Positions 37,541 through 50,081 of a DNA stretch of 64,000 bases are shown piece by piece (positions within the stretch are counted from its first letter, which is position 1; each line of letters starts with the position of its first letter). Origin of the DNA: Selaginella moellendorffii (taxonomy: Eukaryota > Plantae > Lycopodiophyta); the NCBI RefSeq assembly GCF_000143415.4, contig NW_003314264.1, positions 2,985,710 through 3,049,709 on the forward strand, given 5' to 3'. A program made the position numbers and the translations under genes. The notes beneath the pieces are model-generated. The model saw nothing but the letters and a program-made list of their open reading frames with translations. It was not told where the DNA came from and did not search any database.

Positions 37541-39143
37541 ATTCAGTAAAATGGGACTAGGTACAAATTTTCAAGTATTTGAAAATGACGTGAAATTATA
37601 TGTTTTTTGTCCAAGGGCTAGACATATCTGGGGCATGGTGACTAACGCGGTGACTTTGTGTCCAGACTGAGTCCATCTGGTTGTATAATAAATCTCATTG
37701 TCAAGGTGAACAAGCCGAATCTGAAGCTAAAGAAGAGCGATGGCATGCGCGCACACACTATTTGTTTGTTCATTGAGCGTGTGGTGAGCTTCCAAGATGA
37801 ATGTCATTCCTATTAGCCAGACATATAACTTAATGGTGAGAACATTTAGATATTATTCAATGTTATCTTTTTCTAACGAATATAATTGTGAAGGTGTAGT
37901 AAGAGGCATTGCTAGTCTGGAGAAGTCATTTAACTCATTTGACCCTTAGTGTATTTTCATGAAACTAAATAACATTCATATTATTAAGGAATTTCTCTAG
38001 TACCTTTTTTTTACGACATAGAGGCTTGCATTTCTTTCAAAGGTGATTTAGTAAAAGGCCTGAGGGCACATGCCATTCTATTTCTCAGACCGGTATTAAG
38101 ATATACTAGTGCAAAGGGAAAAAGGTATTTGGTGATCAAGTAAATGGCATGAGGGCACACGCCATTATAAGCCTAAGCGCTAGTGGACACCTCCTTTTTG
38201 GTACTCCCAGCGGTACTATCATCCTTCTCCGGGTCAATTGTTTTGTTTTGGATTGTTGTCTCTGACGTTACTGGGGCATTCTCGATAGTTGTTAATGTTG
38301 CCGTTTGTTCAGAAAAATGATCACCTGGAGTATAGTACGGGGAGTTTGGAAGACTTATATATTCTACATCTTCACCTATCTCCTTCTTCGTCTCCTTTTC
38401 TGCCTCACTTACAGATTTTGTGCTTGCCATGAGAACGCTCTTCACCCTAAAATATGGAGTTCGTTGTGTTATAAAAGGAAACCAACACACACGCTGCAAG
38501 GGAATGATGGTACATAAAGCACGTAAGCCCACAATATGGGTTTATGTGCCATTAATATGGGCCACACGCCATATTATTAGATTTATGCACGTGTGATTGG
38601 TAAATGCATATGTCACATCATCTTTGTTTTACCTCACACACTATATCAGGCCTAATGAACCATATCACATGTGCGCACATGCTATATATATGGAGAAGTA
38701 TTATGCAAGAATAGAAAAATTCAATGCATGATTGTGGAGAGCAATGGCATGAAGCCACATGCTAAATAACATTTTAAAGAAAGAATTAAAATAGAAACAT
38801 GCAAACAGTACTAAGTGGACCAAGACTTAGAAGTGCACAATTGAATGAGGTATTTCTAATAAATATTTCACTCACCTCATATAGGAATGGCTACCACTCT
38901 CAAATGGCATATCACCTCATGCCATCACCTTGCAATTTGTTATAACAATCCGATGAATTCATATTCGACTTGTTCACCTTGAACTTTAAGTAAGATTTGC
39001 TAGAACAACTAAGAATTTATACTTGTTATTTGTATCATCTCACCTAGGAATGGCGTAAGGCCACATGCCATCACGCCTCCTCTGATTCAGATTCGGATTG
39101 TTCACCTTGAAATAAAATACATTAGAAACTTAGTAAAGGAATA

Positions 39144-42100
39144 TTAATGAATCTCACCTTGAACCCGGGTTATGAATGCTCTTGCTGCATCTCTTGCATG
39201 GTCTGGCAAGGTGATGGTGGCACTCTGCTTCCACATCCAACCATGCACAACATTATCCACCGATATGCTCATGCTGGGATCCCTTGGATTCAGCACCCAT
39301 CTCTTTTCTAGGCAATCCTTCGTATATCCGGAACTTGGCTTGAACCACTCCACAGTTACATTGAAGGAGTTAGTTTCCGCGTCCTCCTCTGCATCAGTGA
39401 TGCAGCGCCCCACCCATATCATTTGTTTTTTATTACTGGGTCTGACAAGCACGACCATTCCTTTGCAGACCTGTACTGGATTGAATGCTGAATCCGGCTT
39501 TTTGTTCCTCGGCCCACAATAGTGATCCTCAACATCGTTATCTATCACTGCATTTCCAGAGGACATTGTTCCGCTACTATCTGGTGCTCTGGGTTCTAGC
39601 CAAAAGGACTCTTCCAATTCTTCATATACAACCGGCCCATTTTGGATAGCAGATATAATCTTCTCCCAGTATTCGAGCAAAGGCTTGCACCTCTTAAAAT
39701 AGGATTCTCCACCAAACACCAACCCCCTCTTCCAGAAGGCAATATGCTGTCTAATCCTGGCCACTATGCTTTCCTGGTCTTTGAGTCCATCCGGGTGCAT
39801 CGGCCGTGGGGAACCCTGAGGAATCATAGGTTCCCCAGTTATGGGATCTCTCTTGAAAAGTTCAATGCCGTCCACTGGCAGCCACACTGTGTCCCATTCT
39901 CTCATCTTGTACCTCATCACTGGAGCACCGTCACACATGCTGAAATGAAACTGAAGAGGCTTGGAGTGGCCAATCAGCGTTTCGGATCCGTCCCTAATGT
40001 AGCCTCTTACAAACCCCTTAAAGTCTGGAACCTCTGTCACAAGTGCAGCTTCAACAGTGCCTTTGATGCAATTTTGGAATTCATCGTAGAGTTGTGGGAG
40101 GGTGAGGACATTGGATCGCCGGAGGGACTCTGCCAGGTGACTGAACATGGCATCGACGTCTTCATGAGTGTGCCCAACCATGAGAAAGCCAAGTGTAACC
40201 GTTTCAAATATGCCTTTGGCAACAAGCATCGCCAAGTACGCGAAGACGTACATGTTTTTGTTCTCACTGCCAGCATTGTCTGTTTGGAGCAGAAGATGGG
40301 GTGGAAGGCCACATCGGCCACAAGAACTTCCTTGAGATTCTGCTTCGTTTGGATGAGGCTGTGCATTCACCGGGCGACCAGCCTCGTTGGAATGGCATGA
40401 GGCCTCACGTGATAACCCTACAATCTGACGGCCAACATATTCACTGGGATGGCATGGGGCCCCACGCGATACTGCAAGCCTTTGCTCCTCCTCCAGCTGA
40501 ACCCTATATGGGGTTTGATCGACAAGGGCCTTATGCAAGGGTTGGCCGTTCAACTCAGTCTGCGCACTTTGCAGAGACCTTAAGTGTTTTGCTAGGGACG
40601 CAATCATCATGTTTGCACCCCCGCCACCCCATAGAGGTACAAAGAAGTTCCCATAGTTCTGGGCACCATGCCCATGAGCGATTATGCCAAACAGAGACAC
40701 AGGCAGCTACATGGATGAAGAGATTGCCTTGGGGGCAGGATTGAGTCGAGGTAAGCACGTCTTTTTCTGGTCCATTTTGTCGTGGATGATGCAGAGGTAA
40801 GAGTCAGGTCTCTCCATGGAGAGAATCCTGTTATGATAATATGCAGTCCTGCAGCTTCTCTGCTCGATGTTGTGGTCGAGCTGCCTTCTAACCAACGTCT
40901 CTCGCTCTTGAGCGCTGCAAGAATTCTTCGACAAAGCCATTTTGATAGCAGTGCACTCGTCACACTTTGAAAAGCTGGAGTACTTTCCTATACTCACATC
41001 CCTGAACCTGTTGCTCCACAATCTACTAAATCTAGATTGGCTCAGCTTCCTGTAGCCATTACTTTGGAGTTCCCGATTCACATTTTCCAATATGGCCCCC
41101 TTGGTATACATGGAAGGGAGAACTCGTTGGGTGTCTTGTGTTCCATCTTCCAAGAGGCGGGTTTTATATGGTTGCTGCTCGCTACATGTCTCGACAAACC
41201 TCTTGAAGATTGCCTCTCCATATACAACATGACCCCTGGTTTTGTGCGTACCGTCGTTCCCATGGACTGCCTGTTGAACCCTTTGTTCCTCGAACTCAGT
41301 TTTGATTCTGTAGAATGTGGTTCGAGGGACTTTATAAATGATTCTCCATGCCTTCATGCAGACCAAACCCCTCTGGAAGACCATGCCCCCCACCTGATGT
41401 TCTGAAGCATCAACAGATGACCGTAATGCCTCATACACAAAATTGCGAGTTGCCTTCCAGGACAATGTTTTGTATCTTGCTCTCTCCTCTTCAATAGCAT
41501 CCCAATCAGCATGTTGACAGCACCTCCTCTTGCAACAAGCAACTGTTGAGACCATTCGAACCTCCATCACCATTTTCTGCCTTTTCGGTTTGTTGCTCAG
41601 ATCCCTTTGGCTGCGCTTTAGGAAGGTGTACTTTCTTTTCCCATGAAGAGATGTTCTGTCATCAGTTGTAGTGGTGTTTGATTGTGAATCCTTCACATTC
41701 TCAAACACTAAGTGCCTCAATTTCCACCGCACAATACTTCCAATAGTCAGACTGTTTTCTTCTGTGTCAACAACCTCTAAAATCGCAACTCTAATATCAT
41801 CCCAGCCCAATTTTTGATTAGCAACCGCATCTCTTGGATCGACAATTATGGCTAAGCCCTCAGCTACCACCTCCCCCTCGGGGTTGTTTAGAAACACCTT
41901 TGCCTGAATCCATGTAGCATGGTTCTTAAGATCCACGGAGGGAACATGCGTCGCACTTGTGCTGTCCCCAACATCTGTTTTCTTCTGAAGATTTTTCAAG
42001 GCAACAACAACATTTACCCCGACGACCATCTCTCCTCGTTCAATAGCAACCACATTCTCATCGAAGACAGTCTCTACTAATACAGCAGCATTGCCTTCCC

Positions 42101-42212
42101 CAAGCCTTTGACAGTGTATAACAAAGTTCCGATCCATAGACACAAGGGTCCCTTTTGCAACTCTCTTCCCACCATTCAAAATGTAAACCTTTTCCCCAAC
42201 CCTGAAGGCCAT
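39144..42212 (-). pseudogene. Sola1-like DDD/E transposase (~1,020 codons) with one in-frame stop at 40707-40709
   Basis: ORFs 40707-42212 and 39144-40700 share a frame (ATG TAG CTG CCT GTG). Motifs: CCKRRC, GLVCMKAW, KCDEC, IIHDKMDQ, LQTDNAGSENKN, FLMVGHTHEDVDAMFS. Confidence 0.85.
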
Positions 42213-45200
42213 TCTGAAAGTGCAGAAAAGAAGTTAAAACCATACAAAAAATGATTGGAGAATGGCCTAAATCATAACATACCAAACAACCTCAATAGCA
42301 TGAAGCCACATGCCATTATTCAAACATGCTATTGACACCCACGTGAAATTTCGCATTCACAAAATTGGCATGAGCCCTTATGCCATTAGTGGTACCACAA
42401 ATGGCATGAGGCCTCACGCTATCTCTGGCCTCTGCTAGCCTGTTGCTATATTCCTTTTGCCTTGCTGCAACTGTATATATTTTTGTGTGCGTACCTATGC
42501 ACCCATACAAAAATATATACAGTTGCAGCAAGGCACAAGTGCCGAATATCAAGAGGAAGCGGTAGCCACACCAAAGACAGTGCCGCTCACAACACCGCAA
42601 CTACTCGTAGCGCTACTCGCAACACCGCAACTGCTCGTAGCGCCACTCGCACAAACTGCCACTCGCATAAACTGCCGCTCGCAATGGCGCTCGCAATGCC
42701 GCAACCGCTCGTAGACGCATAAACCACAGCTCACAACGCCGCTTACACAAGCAACGCTCACTGCGCTCAGCGGAACCAAGAACATGGTGCACAAAAATGA
42801 TAGACCTAGGAATGAGTTCGAGAATTCAAAAATAACACACGCTTGAACGTCACATCAAATCCTCTGACAAACCAGATCTTATGATTCCTCTGACAAATTT
42901 CAAACTGAGTAGCTTCTAGACTTTGCTGTCGGAGGTTGAACTTTGTCACATCATGTCCTTGCCTCGATCCAGCTGTGCCATGTCAGTGATTCGAACTTTG
43001 CCATGCCATGTCAGCGATCCGCGCCAAGATTATTCGCTGTGTAAAAGAATAATTATGCTGTGTGTGTACGTCCATTTATGGCAATATAAGGCCACATGCC
43101 ATTCAAAGAATAATGCTAGTCGAGCATTTTTTGGTGCATTTTTGGGTTCAAAATTGCATGAGCCCACACGCTATAAAGTTTACCTGTACCAAAAATAGAA
43201 ACAGCTTTATTTACTTGGGAATTTAAGTGGTTGAGGCATTTTTAAACTTACAAACACATGCCCTACTTACATTCCTTTGGTTGCTTAAAATTCAAAAATA
43301 TTATAAACCTTTCTTTTTGCATTTTCAATGTTTTCAATTATTGTTTTTGATTTTCGCAGAACCAGCCTAGTAATCTATTTGCATCCCGTCATGTTTATAG
43401 CTAGCTTTCGTTTGTCCCCTTCGCTAGCCTGAGATACATCTGCTCGGCATCTGCCTCTTACAGCATTTGCCCAGAAAGGGCATCTTTCTTCACGCAGCAT
43501 TTGCCACATGTTTAGGGTTTAGGGTTTAGCAATTCAGTAGCTTGATAAACATGCAAATACAGAACTTGATGCAAAATCCTTTGATATGTCACAATGCCCC
43601 TAGGACCATAAACACATTTCAATAGAGAGGGTCCTTTCATTTCATAACTCCTTACGTAGATCTTGGTGAAACCAGAGTTAGTGAAGTTAGTTTCTTGTGA
43701 TCCCGCATCTGATTGTGATGTCCCTTTGCAGTGTCGATGGAAAGGTCAATGCACACCAAACTGTAAAATCTTGGAGCAAAATAACAGTCGGATCTATGGC
43801 AAATGCCCTTGAAACATTGTAAGGCTCGTGTGGTCTCATGTGGTGTCTGATCGAGATGCTTCTTTGCAGGGTCATCAAGAAAGACATTGTATACCATTCT
43901 GTAAAATCTAGTTGCGATCTAACGGTTGGATCTCCAGAAAACTCAAAAACATCTCGCACGTGTCAGAATATTCTAGGAATATACTCCTATGTGCCCCTGA
44001 AAATGGCATGCGGCCCCACGCCATTCAAGAGATAACGCCAGATGACGCCGAGCATTTTTTGGTGCATTTTTTGGGATTTTTTATATACCATTCTTTATTT
44101 AGCTAAACATCTGGCATTTTTGGAAATACAAGATGCTTTAGAATATCCAATCATGCATGGTATAAATATAGCGAGGGTATTAAATGATATCCCAATCATG
44201 ATCTTTCTTTTGGATTTTGCGTGCATGCAGTCCGAGGAATGATGACGTTGCGGATTTCTATTGGATTTCACGTGCATGCATGCGCGCGGCGATCCAGAAA
44301 TTAATGGTGGCGCCCAAGTCCGAGGAATGATGACGTGGCGGGATTATCAACTGTCGTGACATTTCGCGCGTGTGAGGTTAGGTTTTGCATTTTGCTTCGT
44401 ACTCGCGCTTGCACACTCGCGCTCGCATCACGCTCCCACTCGCGATCACGCTCACATTCGCGCTCATCTACCTTCTCTACAGGTTTCTCATGTGCATCGG
44501 CGTCCACTCGCGCTTGCATCACACTCACGCTCGCATCGCGCTCGTGTGCATCGGCGTCCACTTCAAGACACACCCAGTTTGTAACTTCGCCGCCAACTCC
44601 GCCGCCCACTCCGTCACCCACACGCAGCCCACTTGGCGTCCCGGGAGATTTCAGCGCCACTCTCCAACTGTAAGTGGCAAAGTAGCCTTGCTGCTACGAT
44701 CCGCTGCACACACAGTGCACATTCACCAGCGAGTCCGGCCTCGATTGTCACGCCTCCATTCGGCTTCAATTGGTAAGTCTTTTAGGCCAAGTAGAAAATG
44801 GCATGAGGCCACATGCCATTCAGTAGAAACATTGGCATGCACCGATTGGGCTCTCGAGTGCAGTCCGGTTACAAATGGCATGTAGCCTCACGCCATCTTA
44901 GGATGCAGCCTCAAGACATCTGATGCAGTGGTGAATGGCGTGTGGCCTCACGTTATTTCCAGCTGCTAGCTTTTCATCTGTCAGCTCTAATTGTTGTGCA
45001 TTTCTGAACAGGCGAGGAATTGCGTTCTTCTTCCAGCCACTGTCAATGTGGATGCAGAGAAGTGGGAGGAGCTCACTAGTTGGACTTTCGGGATGGAAGG
45101 CGAGGATCTGAGGCTGTACAACACAGATGGTGGGAGAAAAGAATGCATGGGGATCCTCATCCAAGTGACAGACACTCCATGCAGTTCCATGCAAGAATAT

Positions 45201-48200
45201 GGACTGGCACTTGTGGTAGAGACAGCGTCCGCCTTCAAGATCCACCTTGCACATCCTAGCGGCTTCCCGGAGGAGGGCAGCGGCTATGAGGAATTCCTAG
45301 AGGGAGCTAGGGAGAGGTTGTCCAGGAGGCCCACAATTTCAAAGACACTGCGGGTCTATGAAGATCACATGGAATCCACGGACCTCACCTACGGCGATGT
45401 TCAAAAACTATATTCCAACATTGAGCCGTTGAGAGTGCCTCCAGTTCGCGAAGCGAAGGGGAAGGGGGTCGATCTGGAAACTACCCCAAAGCAGAAAAGG
45501 GTGGTCAAGCTCAAGCCGACGTCCGACTCTCCTGCTCCAAAAAAGAAGCTACTCGGTGATGCCATTGCCTCGAGTTCGAACACTACACCCACCAAAAAGA
45601 AGAGCCGCAAAGAGCAGAAAGAGCAAGAAGAGGTAGCAAAAATCGTCGCAGATAATAGTACTTGTTACTATTCCAACAAAGTATATACAATCGACGTGAG
45701 CCGTATCGACATCCAAAGCAAATACAACCACAGGCTAGTATCTGATGAGTGGGTGGAGAAACTGAAGCAGAAGATGCTGGCAAGTCCAGTAACACCCGAC
45801 ATCGCAGACGTGATCCCCTACTACCGAACAATGAAGGGCGAGACAAGGTTTTTAGACTTGATCAATAGGAAGGTGTTGGACGATCAGAACATCCGGTTCT
45901 ATGCCGTCTCCGGGCAGCATTCTAGCTTAGCGATGCAAGAGATAGTTGTGGATATTATGGTGGGCGAGGAGGTGAAGAAAGTCTTTAAGACAAGAGTTGT
46001 CCGCCTGATAAAAGGCAACTTGCCCCTCCGATCTATCATATACATCTCCCACGCACAGAATGTCAAGCAAGAAACGTGCTACAAATTGGGTCTGCACGAG
46101 ACATTGGCACGAACACGGAAGCTCTGGGTTCAACTGAAGAAGCCACAAAAACCAGGACAAGGACGTGCACTAGCAACTAGCGCCTGACAGGTAAGCTTTG
46201 TTGCATGTGGCATAGCATGTGGCCTCACGCCATTTCCATTGCAGGAATTCTCGAGTCTTCTCTCGAAAACACTGGGGGTCAATGACACACTCAGCATCCA
46301 TAACATTCTACTCGCGACAAAAGTTGTTTTTGACAAATGGGTAGATGTGCTGAGGAGGTACCATGACGGGGAGTTGCTAAACTCAATGGGTGTGAAGGAG
46401 GGCCGGAAGCCCAATGATTTGAAGCTCAACGCCTTGCGTTTCTCACGGTCTTTAGACGACGACGACCTTCTGACAGTGGCTAATGCTCTTCTACGTGGTG
46501 AGGTAGTCTTCAACAAGACCAAAATGACTCCCGGCCATATTGTGACATACGAGGACTTGTGCACGACTCTGAGAGCTCGTGCGCTATTGAAGGATTGGAT
46601 CTTCGAGCAAGTGGCCGTGGAGAGGGTGAGCATCGACACCACGCAAGAGATGATGGAAGCGCTGGAGTTGTCAAATGAAGACATCGACGAGTACATGAAG
46701 GGGGCCCCCAAGTTCATCGATCTGCTGCAGGATGCCACGAAAAGTAAAGTTGAGAAGTTGGATCAGTATCCAAATTTCATTAAGAGGGATGTTGACCGCC
46801 GGCTTCAGAAACAGTTCGACCCCGCAGCAGAGGCCTATCGAGAACCTTACCGGGTATACGTGAATTCGGATGAGGATCAAAGGTGGAGGAGCATCGTTTC
46901 CCGCAGAGATGAGCAGGTCAAGAACATCTTTTGTGTGATGGACTTCACAAATGAGATCACTCATGTAGACGAAGTCAGCTCCATCATTGACTTAATGGTG
47001 GGACTTGCGGAGGTGGAATCTTCAGTCCACTATATGATCTACGACTCCGAATCCTATCACAAGTTCTGGAAGGCCTTGAACAAGGTGAAGGCTTGGTTGA
47101 AAGACAAGGAGATGCGGGAGATCCATGGGATAATGGTTAAGAAGAAGATACCGACGAATGTCCGCATTTTCACACTCGCCCTTGTTATTGGTCCTGCAGC
47201 AAAGTGGGACTGGAGTGACTTCCCAGCTTCGTTCGACAAGGCCGATCGAATTGATCTGAGGGAGGTCAATTTACCCGTGCTTGAGGAATTGAAGACGGCT
47301 ATGGAGCTTTCGAATCCAAAGAAAGCTCCAGGTGCAGCATGGGAAATGCTCAGCTGGGTCTTCAACGCAATAGCGGGTGGGTCACCTGCTTCCGACTCCA
47401 AGGGCAAATGCGTTGTCGAGTACAACTACGGCGGAATATTCTTTCGAGCCGCACTACTCAAGGGTGTCCCGTGTGTTGCGGTGACAAACTCCATTGAAGA
47501 GGTGACTTCAATGGAGCATATAATTACAGTTGCCAAAGAAAAATAGTATCTTCTCTGCGAACTTGGTGAGTACGCACTTTAAGTTTAAATGTTATCTCCC
47601 AAGCTCTGTATGCAGGAGCGTGGCCACCCCCAGATGCTGAAACGGCGTTAACAGCTACTGTTGAAGATACCCATGTTGGGCCGAGCTCACAACCTGCACA
47701 AGGTAAGGTGACGTGAGGCCTCACGCCATTTTGATTATAGATTGTTGTGAATATTCAGACACGAGGACTGAAAAGCACACTGGTGGCGCGTCGAAGAAGG
47801 ACAAACAGACAAGCAATAGGAAAAAAGGAGGTACAAATTATATTTGCAATGGCGTGTGGTCTCATGCCATTCCTTGCAGGAGACACTTCTTCAAAGGTAA
47901 AACAGGCAAGCACCAGCCAAGCTCAAACTGACAGTGGTCATAAAAAGCGAAAGCACGTTGGACAATCGTCGGGATCAGAGGCGTTTGATTCGAAAAGGAA
48001 GAAGGGCAACGAAAAGATGATAGGTAATGCCTCGCGGTTATGGCGTGTGTGCTCATGCCATTCATTGCAGATCAAGGGCTGAGTGAAAGCAGCCAGTCAC
48101 CATCTCCTGACTTAGATTCCTATGGCGGACTCCCCTTCCCCAATCTCAATGGAGAGGTACAATGGATGAGGGATGCTTTTCAAGTCAGGGCCACGTTTTT

Positions 48201-48277
48201 CTCATCTCGTCGTCTTCGAAGGGTGCAAGAACGTGCAGAAACCATGTTAAGACAGTCGGGTGAGGATACGGTCCTAG

Positions 48278-50081
48278 TGTGAGACACAAAATCCCTAGGC
48301 CCCAAAGTGGAGCCGGAAGGGCGCCACATGGTAGTGGCCGAAGCGAGAGCCAAACGAGCGTATCACGTTTGGACCAAAAGCTCCGACTTGAAAAGTCAAG
48401 AGTGGGAGTGGAACTCCCAACGAAGTGCTCGAGGAACGAGCACGAAGCGAGCAAAAGGCGAGGCTCCAAAAAGGGACCCAAAAGGACCAACACATGACAC
48501 GTGGGAGTGTCCGAGATGGACCCGAGTTGGAGTCCGAAGTGGAGTCCGAGATGGACCCGAGTTGGAGTCCGAAGTGGAGTCCGAGATGGACCCGAGATGG
48601 AGTCCGAGATGGAGTTTGAAGTGGAGTCCGAGATGGACCCGAGATGGACCCGAGTTGGAGTCCGAAGTGGAGTCCGAGATGGACCCGAGATGGAGTCCGA
48701 GATGGAGTCCGAGATGGAGTCCGAAGTGGAGTCCGAGATGGACCCGAGATGGAGTCCGAGATGGAGTCCGAGATGGAGTCCGAGGTGGACCCGAGATGGA
48801 CCCGAAATGGAGTCCGAGATGGAGTCCGAGATGAACCCGAGATGGAGTCCGAGATGGAGTCCGAGATGGACCCGAGATGGACCCGAGATGGAGTCCGAGA
48901 TGGAGTCCAAGATGGAGTCCGAGATGGAGTCCAAGATGGAGTCCGAGATGGAGTCCGAAGTCGAGACCGAGACCGAGACCGAGACCGAGATCGGGACCGA
49001 GACCGAGACCGAGGCCGAGGCCGAGACCGAGCCCGAGCCCGAGTCCGAGTCCGAATCCGAGTCCGAGTCTGAGTCCGGAGCCTGAGAGGGTGAAAGCCCA
49101 AAGCGTTCGTCTCCCAGACCCTGGGGGGTTTGGTGAGCTCCAAAAGTATAGTAGGGGGAGGACTGCAGTGGAGCCAGTTTGGCCAGGAAAGGCCAGTTTG
49201 GCCTAGGAAGGCCGGACCCAGTGTTGGGTGATGAGCTGCCCACTAGGAAGTCCAAGACTAGAGTGAACACGGACCGACAAGTGGGGTAGCTTGGTGAAGT
49301 GTTCAAGAGCCGGCTCTAGTTCCCCCGGGAGATCGATTGGCCGATGCTCCCAGTCCAAGTGTGGGTGGCACTACCTACTTGGATACCTGGTGTGGCTCAA
49401 CAGAACCTCGCTCTAAGCCCATGGCTAGAGCACCTAAAGACGAAAGGCGGGGAGAGTACCCATGAGGCTTGCGTAAGGCCACGGTGTTCCGAAATGGTGT
49501 CCCAAAGTCCCAGACTGTGGAAAGGAAGAAGGGTAGCCCTCCGGTGTGGTGACCAAGGACACAGTCACACAGTGAGGAAGTCCTAAAGGATGGTGGGACT
49601 TAGTGGTCGGGCCGGTGGGCCTTGATCTAGTGGTAGTGTTGGCGAACACAGCCAAGGACAGAAAGGGACCTGGTGGGGACCGGAACGGAGATATTGGGGA
49701 AGGCTATTCCCCGTGTCTGTAGGCATCCTAAGGATGTTAAGGAGTGGATCTGGGATGACCACTCATGGATGGATGACCCAGTCTTTGAGAGACGGGATTG
49801 GAATGTAGGTGGTGTTGGACCACCAGTGTGACCAAGGTAAATGGGCATGGCCTTAGCGTAACGGGCCGATATGTCGGTGGTACCTTGGGGTGTCGATCAT
49901 GGGACCGGACACATGGAGCACTTGGACCAAGTGCTAAGGTTGAGTGGCATGGATGCCATTCTCGGGGCTAGCAAGCCCCAAGTCCTGAGTTGGGCTTATG
50001 GAGGTTGTGAATGAGACTCCTCCAAGTGGTCGGAGGTGTGGTTAAGTGACTAAAGTAGAATGGAAAAATTAGTCGCTTACA
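48278..50081 (+). repeat. Family A 5' LTR
   Basis: TGTGAGACAC...GTCGCTTACA followed by the PBS. Confidence 0.95.

Noticed and set aside
38173-38532. 119-aa minus-strand ORF inside the transposon as a third gene
   Set aside because: Low-complexity, non-ATG start, no motif; it might be an extra exon but I cannot support that.
43511-43529. TTTAGGG repeats as an interstitial telomere
   Set aside because: Fewer than three units; better treated as a telo-box-like motif.
49944-49960. TGGCATGGATGCCA palindrome in family A LTRs resembling the transposon motif
   Set aside because: Spacer geometry differs (no 6-bp spacer) and there is one copy per LTR; probably coincidental.
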